From: Rebecca billardiae RCC1528
Taxonomy: Eukaryota > Protista > Haptophyta
DNA: 64,000 nt
Direction: 5' to 3'
Assembly (NCBI GenBank): GCA_965240325.2
Contig: OZ251248.1
Span: 744,001 to 808,000 of the forward strand
The notes under the pieces: model-generated
The model's database searches: none
What the model was told of the DNA's origin: nothing
Seen by the model: only the letters and a program-made list of their open reading frames with translations
Shown: positions 1-13,981 of the stretch, one piece after another
How the letters are laid out: every line of letters begins with the position of its first letter
Numbering within the stretch: the first letter of the stretch is position 1
Translations under genes and position numbers: made by a program

Positions 1-2
1 AG

Positions 3-101
3 GTGACAACCGACGACTGCGCCACCTGCCTCAGCCTCGACTCGAGCCACCCGGAGCTCTTGGCGCACTACCTCGAGGCGGACTCGATTGGCGGCGTGTA
101 G
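3..101 (+). CDS. Possible terminal exon of a gene starting upstream of the window
   Basis: AG at 1-2 is followed by an open frame with coding-like codon usage (VTTDDCATCLSLDSSHPELLAHYLEADSIGGV*) ending TAG at 99-101, just before the satellite. Confidence 0.35.
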   Translation: MTTDDCATCLSLDSSHPELLAHYLEADSIGGV

Positions 102-149
102 CTCAGCGTGCGCAGCCGCGCAGCCGCCTTGGTGGAGGCGGTGGGCGCG

Positions 150-3100
150 CGGCACACGGCGGCGGTGCACGGCGTTGACGGCAGTCGCGCGCGCGCGGAG
201 TCGATGGCGGAGGCTGCCTCGGCCGAGTGCGCTCGCGTGCACCGCCGCCGTCGCCGAGCAAGCGTGTCCGCTCGATGTCGCGCGCCGCGGCCGGGCGCGC
301 GGCCGCGGCCGCGGTCGCGTGCGGCGCCGCGCCGTGCCGCGCCGCCGCCTCGCCGGAAGCGGCGGGCGCGCGGCGCGCGGCGGCGGCACGCGGCGATGAC
401 GGCAGTCGCGCGCGCGTGGAGTCGATGGCGAAGGCTGCCTCGGCCGAGTGCGCTCGCGTGCACCGCCGCCGCCGCCGAGCACACGTGTCAGCTCGATGCC
501 GCACGCCGCGGCTGGGCGCGCGGCCGCGGCCGCGGCCGCGTGCGGCCAACGCGGCCGCGCGGCCGCGCCGCGCCGCGCCGCCGCCTCGCCGAAGGCGGCG
601 GGCGCGCGGCGCGCGGCGGCGGCACGCGGGGATGACGGCAGTCGCGCGCGCGTGGAGTCGATGGCGGAGACTGCATCGGCCGAGTGCGCTCGCGTGCACC
701 GCCGCCGCCGCCGAGCGCGCGTGTCAGCTCGATGCCGCGCGCCGCGGCCGGGCGCGCGGCCGCCCCCGCGGCCGCGTGCGGCGCCGCGCCGCGCCGCGCC
801 GCCGCCTCGCCGAAGGCGGCGGGCGCGCGGCGCGCGGCGGCGGCACGCGGCGATGACGGCAGTCGCGCGCGCGTGGAGTCGATGGCGGAGACTGCATCGG
901 CCGAGTGCGCTCGCGTGCACCGCCGCCGCCGCCGAGCACGCGTGTCAACTCGATGCCGCGCGCCGCGGCCGGGCGCGCGGCCGCGGCCGCGGCCGCGTGC
1001 GGCGCCGCGCCGCGCCGCGCCGCCGCCTCGCCGGGGGCGGCGGGCGCGCGGCGCGCGGCGGCGGCACGCGGCGATGACGGCAGTCGCGCGCGCGTGGAGT
1101 CGATGGCGAAGGCTGCCTCGGCCGAGTGCGCTCGCGTGCACCGCCGCCGCCGCCGAGCACACGTGTCAGCTCGATGCCGCGCGCCGCGGCTGGGCGCGCG
1201 GCCGCGGCCGCGGCCGCGTGCGGCCAACGCGGCCGCGCGGCCGCGCCGCGCCGCGCCGCCGCCTCGCCGAAGGCGGCGGGCGCGCGGCGCGCGGCGGCGG
1301 CACGCGGCGATGACGGCAGTCGCGCGCGGGTGGAGTCGATGGCGGAGACTGCATCGGCCGAGTGCGCTCGCGTGCACCGCCGCCGCCGCCGAGCACGCGT
1401 GTCAACTCGATGCCGCGCGCCGCGGCCGGGCGCGCGGCCGCCCCCGCGGCCGCGTGCGGCGCCGCGCCGCGCCGCGCCGCCGCCTCGCCGGGGGCGGCGG
1501 GCGCGCGGCGCGCGGCGGCGGCACGCGGCGATGACGGCAGTCGCGCGCGCGTGGAGTCGATGGCAAAGGCTGCCTCGGCCGAGTGCGCTCGCGTGCACCG
1601 CCGCCGCCGCCGAGCACGCGTGTCAACTCGATGCCGCGCGCCGCGGCCGGGCGCGCGGCCGCCCCCGCGGCCGCGTGCGGCGCCGCGCCGCGCCGCGCCG
1701 CCGCCTCGCCGGGGGCGGCGGGCGCGCGGCGCGCGGCGGCGGCACGCGGCGATGACGGCAGTCGCGCGCGCGTGGAGTCGATGGCGAAGGCTGCCTCGGC
1801 CGAGTGCGCTCGCGTGCACCGCCGCCGCCGCCGAGCACACGTGTCAGCTCGATGCCGCGCGCCGCGGCTGGGTGCGCGGCCGCGGCCGCGGCCGCGTGCG
1901 GCCAACGCGGCCGCGCGGCCGCGCCGCGCCGCGCCGCCGCCTCGCCGAAGGCGGCGGGCGCGCGGCGCGCGGCGGCGGCACGCGGCGATGACGGCAGTCG
2001 CGCGTGGGTGGAGTCGATGGCGGAGACTGCATCGGCCGAGTGCGCTCGCGTGCACCGCCGCCGCCGCCGAGCACGCGTGTCAACTCGATGCCGCGCGCCG
2101 CGGCCGGGCGCGCGGCCGCGGCCGCGGCCGCGTGCGGCGCCGCGCCGCGCCGCGCCGCCGCCTCGCCGGGGGCGGCGGGCGCGCGGCGCGCGGCGGCGGC
2201 ACGCGGCGATGACGGCAGTCGCGCGCGCGTGGAGTCGATGGCGGAGACTGCATCGGCCGAGTGCGCTCGCGTGCACCGCCGCCGCCGCCGAGCGCGCGTG
2301 TCAGCTCGATGCCGCGCGCCGCGGCCGGGCGCGCGGCCGCGGCCGCGGCCGCGTGCGGCGCCGCGCCGCGCCGCGCCGCCGCCTCGCCGGGGGCGGCGGG
2401 CGCGCGGCGCGCGGCGGCGGCACGCGGCGATGACGGCAGTCGTGCGCGCGTGGAGTCGATGGCGGAGACTGCATCGGCCGAGTGCGCTCGCGTGCACCGC
2501 CGCCGCCGCCGAGCGCGCGTGTCAGCTCGATGCCGCGCGCCGCGGCCGGGCGCGCGGCCGCGGCCGCGGCCGCGTGCGGCGCCGCGCCGCGCCGCGCCGC
2601 CGCCTCGCCGGGGGCGGCGGGCGCGCGGCGCGCGGCGGCGGCACGCGGCGATGACGGCAGTCGCGCGCGCGTGGAGTCGATGGCGGAGACTGCCTCGGCC
2701 GAGTGCGCTCGCGTGCACCGCCGCCGCCGCCGAGCACGCGTGTCAGCTCGATGCCGCGCGCCGCGGGCGGGCGCGCGGCCGCGGCCGCGGCCGCGTGCGG
2801 CCAACGCGGCCGCGCGGCCGCGCCGCGCCGCGCCGCCTCCTCGCCGGAAGTGGCGGGCGCGCGGCGCGCGGCGGCGGCACGCGGCGATGACGGCAGTCCC
2901 GCGCGGCCGCGCCCCGCCGCGCCGCCTCCTCGCCGAAGGCGGCGGGCGCGCGGCGCGCGGCGGCGGCACGCGGCGATGACGGCAGTCCCGCGCGCGTGGA
3001 GTTGATGGCGGAGACTGCCTCGGCCGAGTGCGCTCGCGCGCGCCGCCGTCGAGCACGCGTGTTAGCTCGATGCCGCGGCCATGCGCCCATGCGCGGCCGC

Positions 3101-3300
3101 CCCCGCGCGCGGCCAACACGGCCGCGCCGCCGCACCGCCGCGCCGCGGCCTCGGCGAAGGCGGCAGGCGCGCAGCGCGGCGCGTGGCGGTGGCGCGTGTC
3201 GACTGTGGCAGACTGACGCGTAGAGACGATGGTGGAGGTGGCCCCGGCTGAGCGTGCTCGCGCGCACCGCTGCCTCTGCCGAGGCGTCGGTGCGCACGCA
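150..3300. repeat. GC-rich tandem satellite, ~13 units of 221 or 236 bp, degenerating after ~2900
   Basis: The motif GCCGAGTGCGCTCGCGTGCACCGCCGCCG recurs; equivalent positions are 227, 448, 684, 905, 1126, 1362, 1583, 1804, 2040, 2261, 2482, 2703 (spacings 221,236,221,221,236,221,221,236,221,221,221). Long units carry a 15-bp insert containing CCAACGCGG. Confidence 0.97.
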
Positions 3301-5148
3301 TGCGCAGTCGCGGCCTCGGCCGCTTGCGCACGCGCGCTCGGCCGCGGCGCACTGCATTGAGCTGACATGCGCGCTCGGCGGCGGTGGCGGTGCCTGCGAG
3401 CTTAGCGTCGACGTCGTGCCCGCGCGTCCCACTCGCCTCGCGCTCACGCCACCGACATGATGTCTGCTGCGTGGGCGTGGCACATTGGCCGAGGCTAAGG
3501 TGGAATCGCGCGGCGCGGCGCGGCGCGGCGCGGCGCGGCGGCGCTGCTGCTGAGCACTCGATGGCGGGCGCGGGCGCTCTGGATGCGCAGCCCAGCGGCC
3601 GCGCCTGATGCCATGCTCGGCGGCACACAGGCCGAGGCTGTGGAATCGCGCGGCGCGGCGCGGCGCGGCGGCGCCGCTGTAGGCGGCGCCGTAGTCCGCG
3701 TAGCTACCGTAGTGGTGACCCGCCACGCGGCCACCCGGGAGTCGCGGGCCCAAGTGCGCCTGACTCTGAGTCGTAGGCTACATACGCTTATCACGCGGCG
3801 GGCCACCCCGCAGGATGACAGCAGGATCCGCGTTACGCCGCGGGCCGAGCTACTTATCGGTGGCGGATGCGTGGGATGATGCCATGATCGACGCGACGGA
3901 TTGTCATTGATGACCACGACTCATCGCAGTATGATACAGTCGTCATACTAATACTGCTTCATTACTTGGCCCGCTTAGCTGCTTTAGCTTACGTACCGCG
4001 TACGTAATTCAGCTTGCAGTAGGCTGCTGGCTCGGCTCCCGCTGATCATTCAGCATACTGAGAATAATATTGCGGCGGCCCGACGATCAGCGCCTATCAG
4101 TCTGGCGCGGCGGAATAATATCATATCAGCCGCACAGACTCTGCGCTGTAGTACGTACGTCGCGCGTATATATACGCGGTGACGAGCAGGCAATGTCTCA
4201 ACTGGCACATCAGTCTCACTGTCTCCGACAGACCACGGTCATTACAGGCTTCGGTCCGAACAGCCGGCGAGTGCCATCAATCAGTCGGCCAGTCACTGGC
4301 CAGTCCCGAGTCCGGGCTCGCGGTCTCTTCAGTGTAAGTGTGACGGCGCTCAGGGTTCATCATCGTCAGCATCGTCATCATCAGGCCATATCTCACTCAT
4401 CAGCTTCAGCGCGGCCGCTGTGGCCCGCCTGTCCGGGCCGTGCCAGTCAGCCATCGCAAGTTTGGCTTGGGCCCGGCGGTGGCGGCGCCTGCAGGCGGCT
4501 CCGACGGCAGTTAGGCACTTAGGCCGGCAGCGTGCCCGGCCTGAGTGGCGGCACGCCACTGGTTGACGCGGTCATCACGCCGTGAGTCGGCCGCGCAGGC
4601 AGCGGGCGGGGCTGGCATGGACGTTGCCACTGCCTTTCGGGCTCACGCTGTGCGCGACCGTTCAGTGCCGAAGTGGCGCCGCCGCAGGACAGCGCCGGCA
4701 TACGTGCAGCGCTCGAAGCTTGTCTGGTCATCACGAGCGCGTGACAGTGCGGCGTGCTGCCACGAACGAGGCATCGGTCTAGACAGATCTCATTCAAGGG
4801 CGCGCGCCGGCGCTTGCCGCCTGTGCATCGACGTCGATCTCTATCCACGCCAGCGCCGTGGTGCAGGCGTCGTGCGTGACTGCACGGCGTTGGTTGTGGC
4901 AAAGAGCTGCTCATTACAGAGGCTTGTGGCTAGGCGCGACGCCGCTCGAGCAGCCTCATCGCCGCCATTATGAAGCTCGACGATAGATGGCGGCGCCGGC
5001 CGGGCGCCATCATGACGGCGGTACTACTATGGATTCATTTGCTCCGGAACCAGACGGAGCTCTCGTCCGGTCGAAGGAAACGGAATTCAAGCTAAACGAA
5101 CAGCTGTCCGTTGCACGGAGGCCTTCCGGCCGTGAACGGCCCGGCGAG

Positions 5149-5492
5149 GTCGCCACGACGTCGTGGCGACCTCGCTGAGGTCGCCACGACGTCGTGGCGA
5201 CATCCGGATGTCGCCACGACGTCGCCACGATCTCGCTGCGACATTCAATGTCGCCACGAGATCGTGGCGACGTCGTGGCGACATCGGACAGTGTCGCCAC
5301 GATCTCGTGGCGACATCCGGATGTCGCCACGAGATCGTGGCGATTTCGTGGCGACATCCGGATGTCGCCACGAGATCGTGGCGAAGTCGCCACGATCTCG
5401 TGGCGACGGCTGCGAGGTCGCTACGAGGTCGCCACGAAAGCTTAGACTCCAACACTGATTTCTTTTTATTCTCGCAGCGACCTCGTGGCGAC
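5149..5492. repeat. Array of 22-bp palindromes GTCGCCACGA-NN-TCGTGGCGAC and half sites with 7-10 bp spacers
   Basis: About 7-8 full palindromes plus half sites. Spacers include CTCGCTGAG, ATCCGGAT (x3), ATTCAAT and ATCGGACAGT. Confidence 0.9.
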
Positions 5493-5880
5493 ATCACCCC
5501 TTTGCACCCTCCGCCCACGCTACACGCTACGGGGCTTGGTAGAGACACAGTATCGTCGCCACTGTCTTTGTAGTTGTACCGTCCTGGTCAGTCCGGACTC
5601 CGGCGTGGCGGCGTCGGCACCCCGGCCTTGAGATCAGGGATGGCGGCCGCGCCGCCCGCCGCTCACTAGCCGCCGCTTGCGCCGCTGATGCTCCGGAGCC
5701 GTCGAAAGGACTCTGCACTACTACGTACTGCAAATAGTATAGACACTATAGCAGCCTGCTGCATTTCTGCCCAGGCCAGGCCCAGCGGCAAGGCTGCCAT
5801 CACGTTCGGGCATCAGCGCCGGCACGCCGCCGCGGGCCCGGCACGTGCGCCTGGCAGTGGCCACGGCTGACGCGGACGTC

Positions 5881-8070
<2,190 letters not shown>

Positions 8071-8884
8071 TCACCTTGCTTGTACAACACCAGGCGCTGA
8101 CTCCCATGCCATTACCTTGCACGGAAGACTGCCTCGGCACCTTGCGTCTGCGTTCAAATGCTCACGAAGCTGGCTCGCGGCGCTTGTGGCAGTGCCTAGC
8201 GGGCAAGAAGCTCCTACAAGTGGTGCCGTAGCACTCAAGACCCGGCCGTGACGCATGGGCCTAGTCGGGTAGGCTGATCTGTGCTATCGGCGACCAGAAA
8301 AGCAGTTCGATCAGTGATCTGTGCCTCTGGAAATGTCGTGCGGCACAACGCGTTTGAAACGCGAGAGCGTGGCGCGTGCCAAACGTGACCTCTTTCAGGC
8401 GGCGTGCGGGGTCGGACGTCCTGCGCGCGTGTACGTATACATTGCACATACATACCCCCACCTCCCCGAGCCATCTCATCGCGCCCAGGCTCCCCAAATG
8501 TCGAGTCGGCTGGCAGGAAGTGACCGCTCGCACAAGGTCAAGCCCGCAAGTGGTTGCGCGCGCCAACCGCAAGGGCGACGAGCGACGAGAGACATCAGCG
8601 GGCTGGTTTGTCGACGTTCCCCTACGTCTTGGGGCCCGCCCCGCCCAGCGTGCCGCCACGGAACGCCCCGCAATCGACCGCTAGGACGCTCGGCGAGCAC
8701 GCACCCACCACCGCCACGGCAGCCGGCCCCCGAGCACGGCCCTTGCCCGAGCCAGGCGTTTAGGGGATCCACAAGCCAGTAGTCTGTTACACTTGCCTCA
8801 GTCCGGGCTGGACGCCGTTTCTCGGTGGGGGGTAGTAAAAGGGTGGCGGCCAGCAAACCGATCGAAGGAAAGCAGGATCACCCG

Positions 8885-9961
8885 ATGGGCTGTGGCGCGA
8901 GCTCGGCCACCCCCCCCGAGGGGGCGAAGCCGGAGGAGCCCGCGGCGAAAGCGTCGCCAGAGCCGGCAACTCCTGCGGCGAGCGGGGAAGCCGACAAGTC
9001 CGGCGCATCCCCCGCGAGCGCGTCGGCGCAGCCGGCCAAGCCAGCCGCGGAGGGCGGCGGCAGCAGCGAGGGCGCGGCTAAGCCCGCCGAGCCCACCCCC
9101 GAGCCGGCGGCAGCATCCAGCCCGCCGCCGCCCGCCCCGGCGGCATCGACCCCGGCGCGCGAAACACCGCCCGAGAAGACGTCCACCGTGCTGCCCAAGC
9201 ACGTCGGCGCGGACGAGCTCGGCCAGCTCTGCCAGGCCACGAACTTTGACCGCAAGCAGGTCGAGCGGCTGTATGAGGTCTTCAAAGTGATCTCCAGCAT
9301 GTGCGTGGCACGCGCGCGCGCGCGCCGCGGGGATGGCCTGCTGGCGCCCGCCGCCGCGTGCCCGCCGCGCGCGCCGCGCGCGCCGCGCGCCGGGGCGGGC
9401 GCCTCGGGTCGCGGGGCGAGCGGGCGCGGGCCGGCGCTCGTCTCACGCGCGTGCGCCCCTGCCGCGCGCGCGGTGCCGCGGCCGCCCGTCCCTCCGCGCG
9501 CATGCTTGCGCAGCGGGCGCGACGACGGCTTCATCGACAAGTCGGAGTTCGAGCAGGCGCTCGGGCTGCGCCCGTCGCTCTTCGTCGACCGCATATTCCG
9601 CATATTCGACAAGAATCGCGACGCCAACATTGCCTTTGACGAGTTTGTCCACGGGCTGTCTGTCTTCAGCCCGCGCGCCTCGCGCGACGAGAAAGCAGCG
9701 TTTGCGTACCGAATCTACGACCTGGACGAGGACGGCAAGATCTCGCGCGAGGACCTGCGGCAGATGGTGCGCTCGACGGTGACGGAGAGGAAGCTCGACG
9801 TCAACGACGAGCAGCTCGACGAGCTCGTGACCGTCACCTTCTCGCAGGGCGGCGCGGCGGGCAGCGACCACCTCGAGCTCGAGGCGTTTACGTCGCTCGT
9901 CAAGCAGCGGCCGGCAATGATCGCAAACATGACGATCGCGAGCCTCTCGGTGTCGAGATGA
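8885..9961 (+). CDS. Calcineurin B-like (CBL-type) EF-hand Ca2+ sensor, N-acylated; intron 9301-9513
   Basis: Starts MGCGASS, then a Pro/Ala linker and LYEVFKVISSI|GRDDGFIDKSEF (CBL-type EF1), DRIFRIFDKNRDANIAFDEF and YRIYDLDEDGKISREDL. Confidence 0.9.
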   Translation: MGCGASSATPPEGAKPEEPAAKASPEPATPAASGEADKSGASPASASAQPAKPAAEGGGSSEGAAKPAEPTPEPAAASSPPPPAPAASTPARETPPEKTSTVLPKHVGADELGQLCQATNFDRKQVERLYEVFKVISSMCVARARARRGDGLLAPAAACPPRAPRAPRAGAGASGRGASGRGPALVSRACAPAARAVPRPPVPPRACLRSGRDDGFIDKSEFEQALGLRPSLFVDRIFRIFDKNRDANIAFDEFVHGLSVFSPRASRDEKAAFAYRIYDLDEDGKISREDLRQMVRSTVTERKLDVNDEQLDELVTVTFSQGGAAGSDHLELEAFTSLVKQRPAMIANMTIASLSVSR

Positions 9962-11583
9962 GTGCGCCGCCGCGGTACGCGCAGCCGTACGCGTGGGCGG
10001 TGAGTCGGAGAGTTACTCACTCATCAATCATTGAACTCAGTCAGCAACGGTGACTCGGTGGCATCATCGTCTCGTCACTTACTCATCATGCTAAGCCGTC
10101 AGCCGGGTCAGCACCGTGGGCATCGCCAGACTCATCATGCATCACTCCGAGCATCACGCAGCTCCATAGTCAGTCCTACTGGCACCTACTCCGCTAGTGC
10201 CCGAGTCCGAGTCCCGGCGGGCTCCGGCCGCGCAGACCGGGCCACTCGCCGGTCGGGCCTGCAGAGTGCAGTGCCGGCTGGCGGCTGCCGCAGTGCGGCG
10301 GCCGTTGGCCGAGTCAGGCCGCCCGGGGCCGGCCCGCGGGCGCGGACGAGGCGCGGCGGCCCGCGGCGGGCCCGGGCCCCGCGCCGCAATAATCGCCATC
10401 GGCGGCGGCGCCGCCGCGCCGCCGGCGGCGCCGCCACTGGCTAAAGGATTTCGCCGCGCGTCATTTCGCCCGCCGCCCCGCGCGTTGCTGCGGCGATGAG
10501 TCGTGACGGGCACGGCGGCCGACGCGGCTGCAATCAATCATCAGTAAGATCAGACGTGACTCGATCTTGCTGTCGCAGCTCCGGGACGAACCGTCGTGCC
10601 GGCATAAGCGGGGCCGCCGCGGCGAGTCATCTGCATATCATCGTCGTCATCAATTATTATTTTAATATACGGCAGACTGGTCCATCGTCGCGGACTCGCG
10701 GAGTCGGGAGTGACTGACGGCTGAACTTGAAGTAGGTACTGATAGTGATAAACATCTCGTCCGACGATACTAACGACTGAGACTGTGAGACTGAGGCGGA
10801 CGACCGCCGTCGTATAAATGCGTACTGACGATCGACTATAACAATAATTTAATAATAAGTCAGTTGTCACCGCCGGGAACAAACTGACCGCTGAGACGAC
10901 AGTGTGGCCATGCGGCGACCCACCGTGCCACGGCCGAGTATAGCCCTCTCACGGTCTCACGCCTCTTGACGCCACAGCCTGTATAAGCCACACCGTGAGC
11001 AACGCAGAAGCGGCCATCGGAGCCGATGGCCCGATCCTCATCCGACATGCACACCGTGCAAATTATCAAAATAGCAGAAATGGGAGCAGCTACAGGACGC
11101 ATCCGCCCGCGCGGCACTCGTGTCTCGTCTCTTCTTTACTCACACGTCACAGCCGCGGTTATGCGTGTTGCTGCTCCGGCGGCATCAGCACGCACTCGCG
11201 CCTAGATTGGGCGTGCTGATGGCCGCGGGTCACGGGCAGGCAGGCCTGTCTCAAGTGCTGCCTACATAGTATGAATGAATGACGACGCACGCCGGCACGG
11301 CCCGATCATGACTCATGAGGCTGCGACGCGTGAGTGACACTGCTGATACTGCCGGCAGCACGACTGCACGTTCGGATCATGCACTCGTACAGTATATATT
11401 ATTATTGTCTACTGATGCTGAAATATTATCGCATCACTGCGCTAATCGTGCTTACTGCAAATGTCTGCGCAATTCAGATGCGCAATTCAGATGCAGAACC
11501 AAGTTGCATCAATAGATCGATGATATATTTAACGACGTGGTATGCAACCGGCAAGCGTCAGGCTCATCATCAGAGTGCAGCAT

Positions 11584-11631
<48 letters not shown>

Positions 11632-11651
11632 TAATTAAGTAAGTAAGTAAG
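11584..11651. repeat. (GA)n microsatellite followed by (TAAG)n
   Basis: About 24 AG units, then TAAGTAAGTAAGTAAG. Confidence 0.95.
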
Positions 11652-13981
11652 GTCCCGCTCACAGTCAGCTCCGCCGCGATCTGATAGACTGCAGGGGCCT
11701 GATGAATCCGCGGCCGCCTGACATCTGACGTTCGGATGAATAATAACCGTGCTGCTCGTCGTCGTCGACTTACGCGATGAGTTCCTACTACTTATCTACT
11801 ACCTTGACGTGCCCATCGCCAAGGAGCAGGCTTTGTTCGATGATGACGTGCCCGACCAACGCCAAGGAGCAGGCTCGGTGCTCGATGATGCGACTGCCAA
11901 TGCTCGGGCTTGCTGGCTGCCGCGGGCGAGGGCGCCGAGCAGCATCGCACCGACGGACACGCACGGCTGTATGCTGTATGGAGAGCTCTGTGGAACTTGG
12001 AGCCCGGTTTGGCGCCAACGCGGCGGGCGTACACGGGCCACGGGGCCCGCGGCAGCGGGAAGCGCGCCGCGCGCGGGTGCGGTCGATGACGTTACGGTCC
12101 GCCGGTCCGGACGCCTCTCGCCAGCCGCGGACACGCACAGCGCATCCTCCTCGCACGCTGCTATATTCATCCGGTGCCAAGCGGTGGTTGTGCTGCCGAA
12201 ACCGGCTAGAGTTCCACGGCTGGTCATGGTTCGGCTTGCGACCTCGCCGCTGATGGTGCTTCCGTGCTTGCAAGAAGGTATGCTGTTTAGCAAGAATAAA
12301 GGTACTCTGCGCTTGTCGACGCCCTCTGAAGGTGACTCGGGGTGGATGAGGGGCAGTGGAATGCAGTGCGGGTCGGCATTGACTCTCACTCGTCCAGCGC
12401 GCATGCCACCAGTAGCGCGGATGTGGTGCGCGCACGGCCCGGTAATTGCGGTCGCGGCGTGTGTGTCTGGCCAAGGGAGGTGTCTGGCCCTGGTTGCGGA
12501 GGCACCAGCGGAAGGGCGTTACTCTGGTACAATACTGCTGTGCGACACTACTCTGAATATTATATATGGGTTGGCGCTGCGCGTCAACTTGGGCTGGAAA
12601 CCTGTTTCTGAAACGCATGATGGCACGCCGGGCCGGTAGCCCGAGCTCGGAATTCCGACGCTGCCAACGGCGCCACAGGGGCGCAGCGGCGGGGCTGACG
12701 ACGCGCGCGCGTGTGCACGTCTGACCACGGAGTGCGCGCTGCAATGACTGGCCCGTCCGCAGCACCACGCCCCGCGCTGTGAGTGAGAGTGTGGCCCGCG
12801 CCCAAGCGAGAACGAGGGCCGGGCGGCACTCCGCCGACCTCGCCGGCCGCCGACCAGCCCGCGGCCGCCTGCTGCAGCTCGTGGAACACGCAGTCGCGCG
12901 CTCGCGCGTGGAGGGCGGACCTGCGCGTATGCGCCCACCGGGCTTGCCGCTTCATCCGCTGGCACCGCAGTGCAGGTCGAGCCGTCCGCCGCCCACCGAG
13001 CCGGCGCCACGCCTCGCGCTCGTGCTCGGGCTGAGGCGGCGGCGTGTCGCCCGAGCCGGCGGGGTCGCGCGCGTGCGCGTGGTGGGCAGCCTCGCGCGTG
13101 CGCCCGCCGCGCGCCCCGCGTCTCTCGCTTGGCGCCGCACGCGAGCCGCTCGTCGCGCGACCGAACGAGACGTCAACGCAAGGGCGACCCTTGGAATGGC
13201 GTGGGCTCCCCGCCTTGTCGTCCTTCACGGGACGTCGTCGACGCGAGGCCGCGCGAGGTTGCTCCGATGCTCGTAGTCCAATGCAAGATGATACCCGCGT
13301 GCCGCTATCAGCGCGCCCTTTCGCTCGTGAATTGTCTAGCGAGAAAGTGACGGATCGTGCGAATGTGAAGTGTGAACTCGCGACACGACGAATGCGCCGA
13401 AAATCGCCGATGCGATTCGCGCGAATGCGAGTACGCAAAGCGCCGAACGACGAGCGGCTTTTGACCGAACGACGAGCGGCTTTTGTCCTATCGAGCGCGT
13501 AAGTGGGTACGCGAATTGCGCTTATGTGACCCGGTGGACGGGCCGGTGGTGAGCCGGGCGTCAAATAAAGGCCCGCGACGGGCTGGTCCCCAGCGTGAAG
13601 TCGTGCCTTTGTTCTCGTGGGTTTCCAGAATTAACGAGGTGGTATGCAACGGGCAATGTATACATATTGTACGCGTAACGAAAAGCAATAATGAACAGCC
13701 GATACGGTATAATCTACCACTCACGCAGAGATTCTCATCAGATTCAGCCCGCGAAAATATGTGGGTCGTACTCACCATAATGAACAGCCGATTCGGTATA
13801 ATCTACAACGAGAGATTCTCATAAGATTCACCACCTGTGCCAATATGCGGATAATCACCTCAAATTTTGGAACCACTCATCTACTCGGCAGCTCGGCGGG
13901 AAATCGGGGTGAATTTGGGCCTTGGTCGGAGGGCACCTCGGCTGATGGCGCCGTGGCGGCATTACCCTCTCCCCGCGACGT

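Noticed and set aside
68-3753. Many overlapping ~210-aa Arg/Ala-rich ORFs
   Set aside because: They are artefacts of the satellite. Monomer lengths are not multiples of 3, so each frame meets a stop every three units, and the composition is not protein-like.
5149-5492. CRISPR array
   Set aside because: The spacers are only 7-10 bp and repeated, there are no cas genes, and the context is eukaryotic.
11749-12768. Long ORFs on both strands as genes
   Set aside because: No recognisable motifs, codon usage unlike neighbouring genes, and non-ATG starts; not called.
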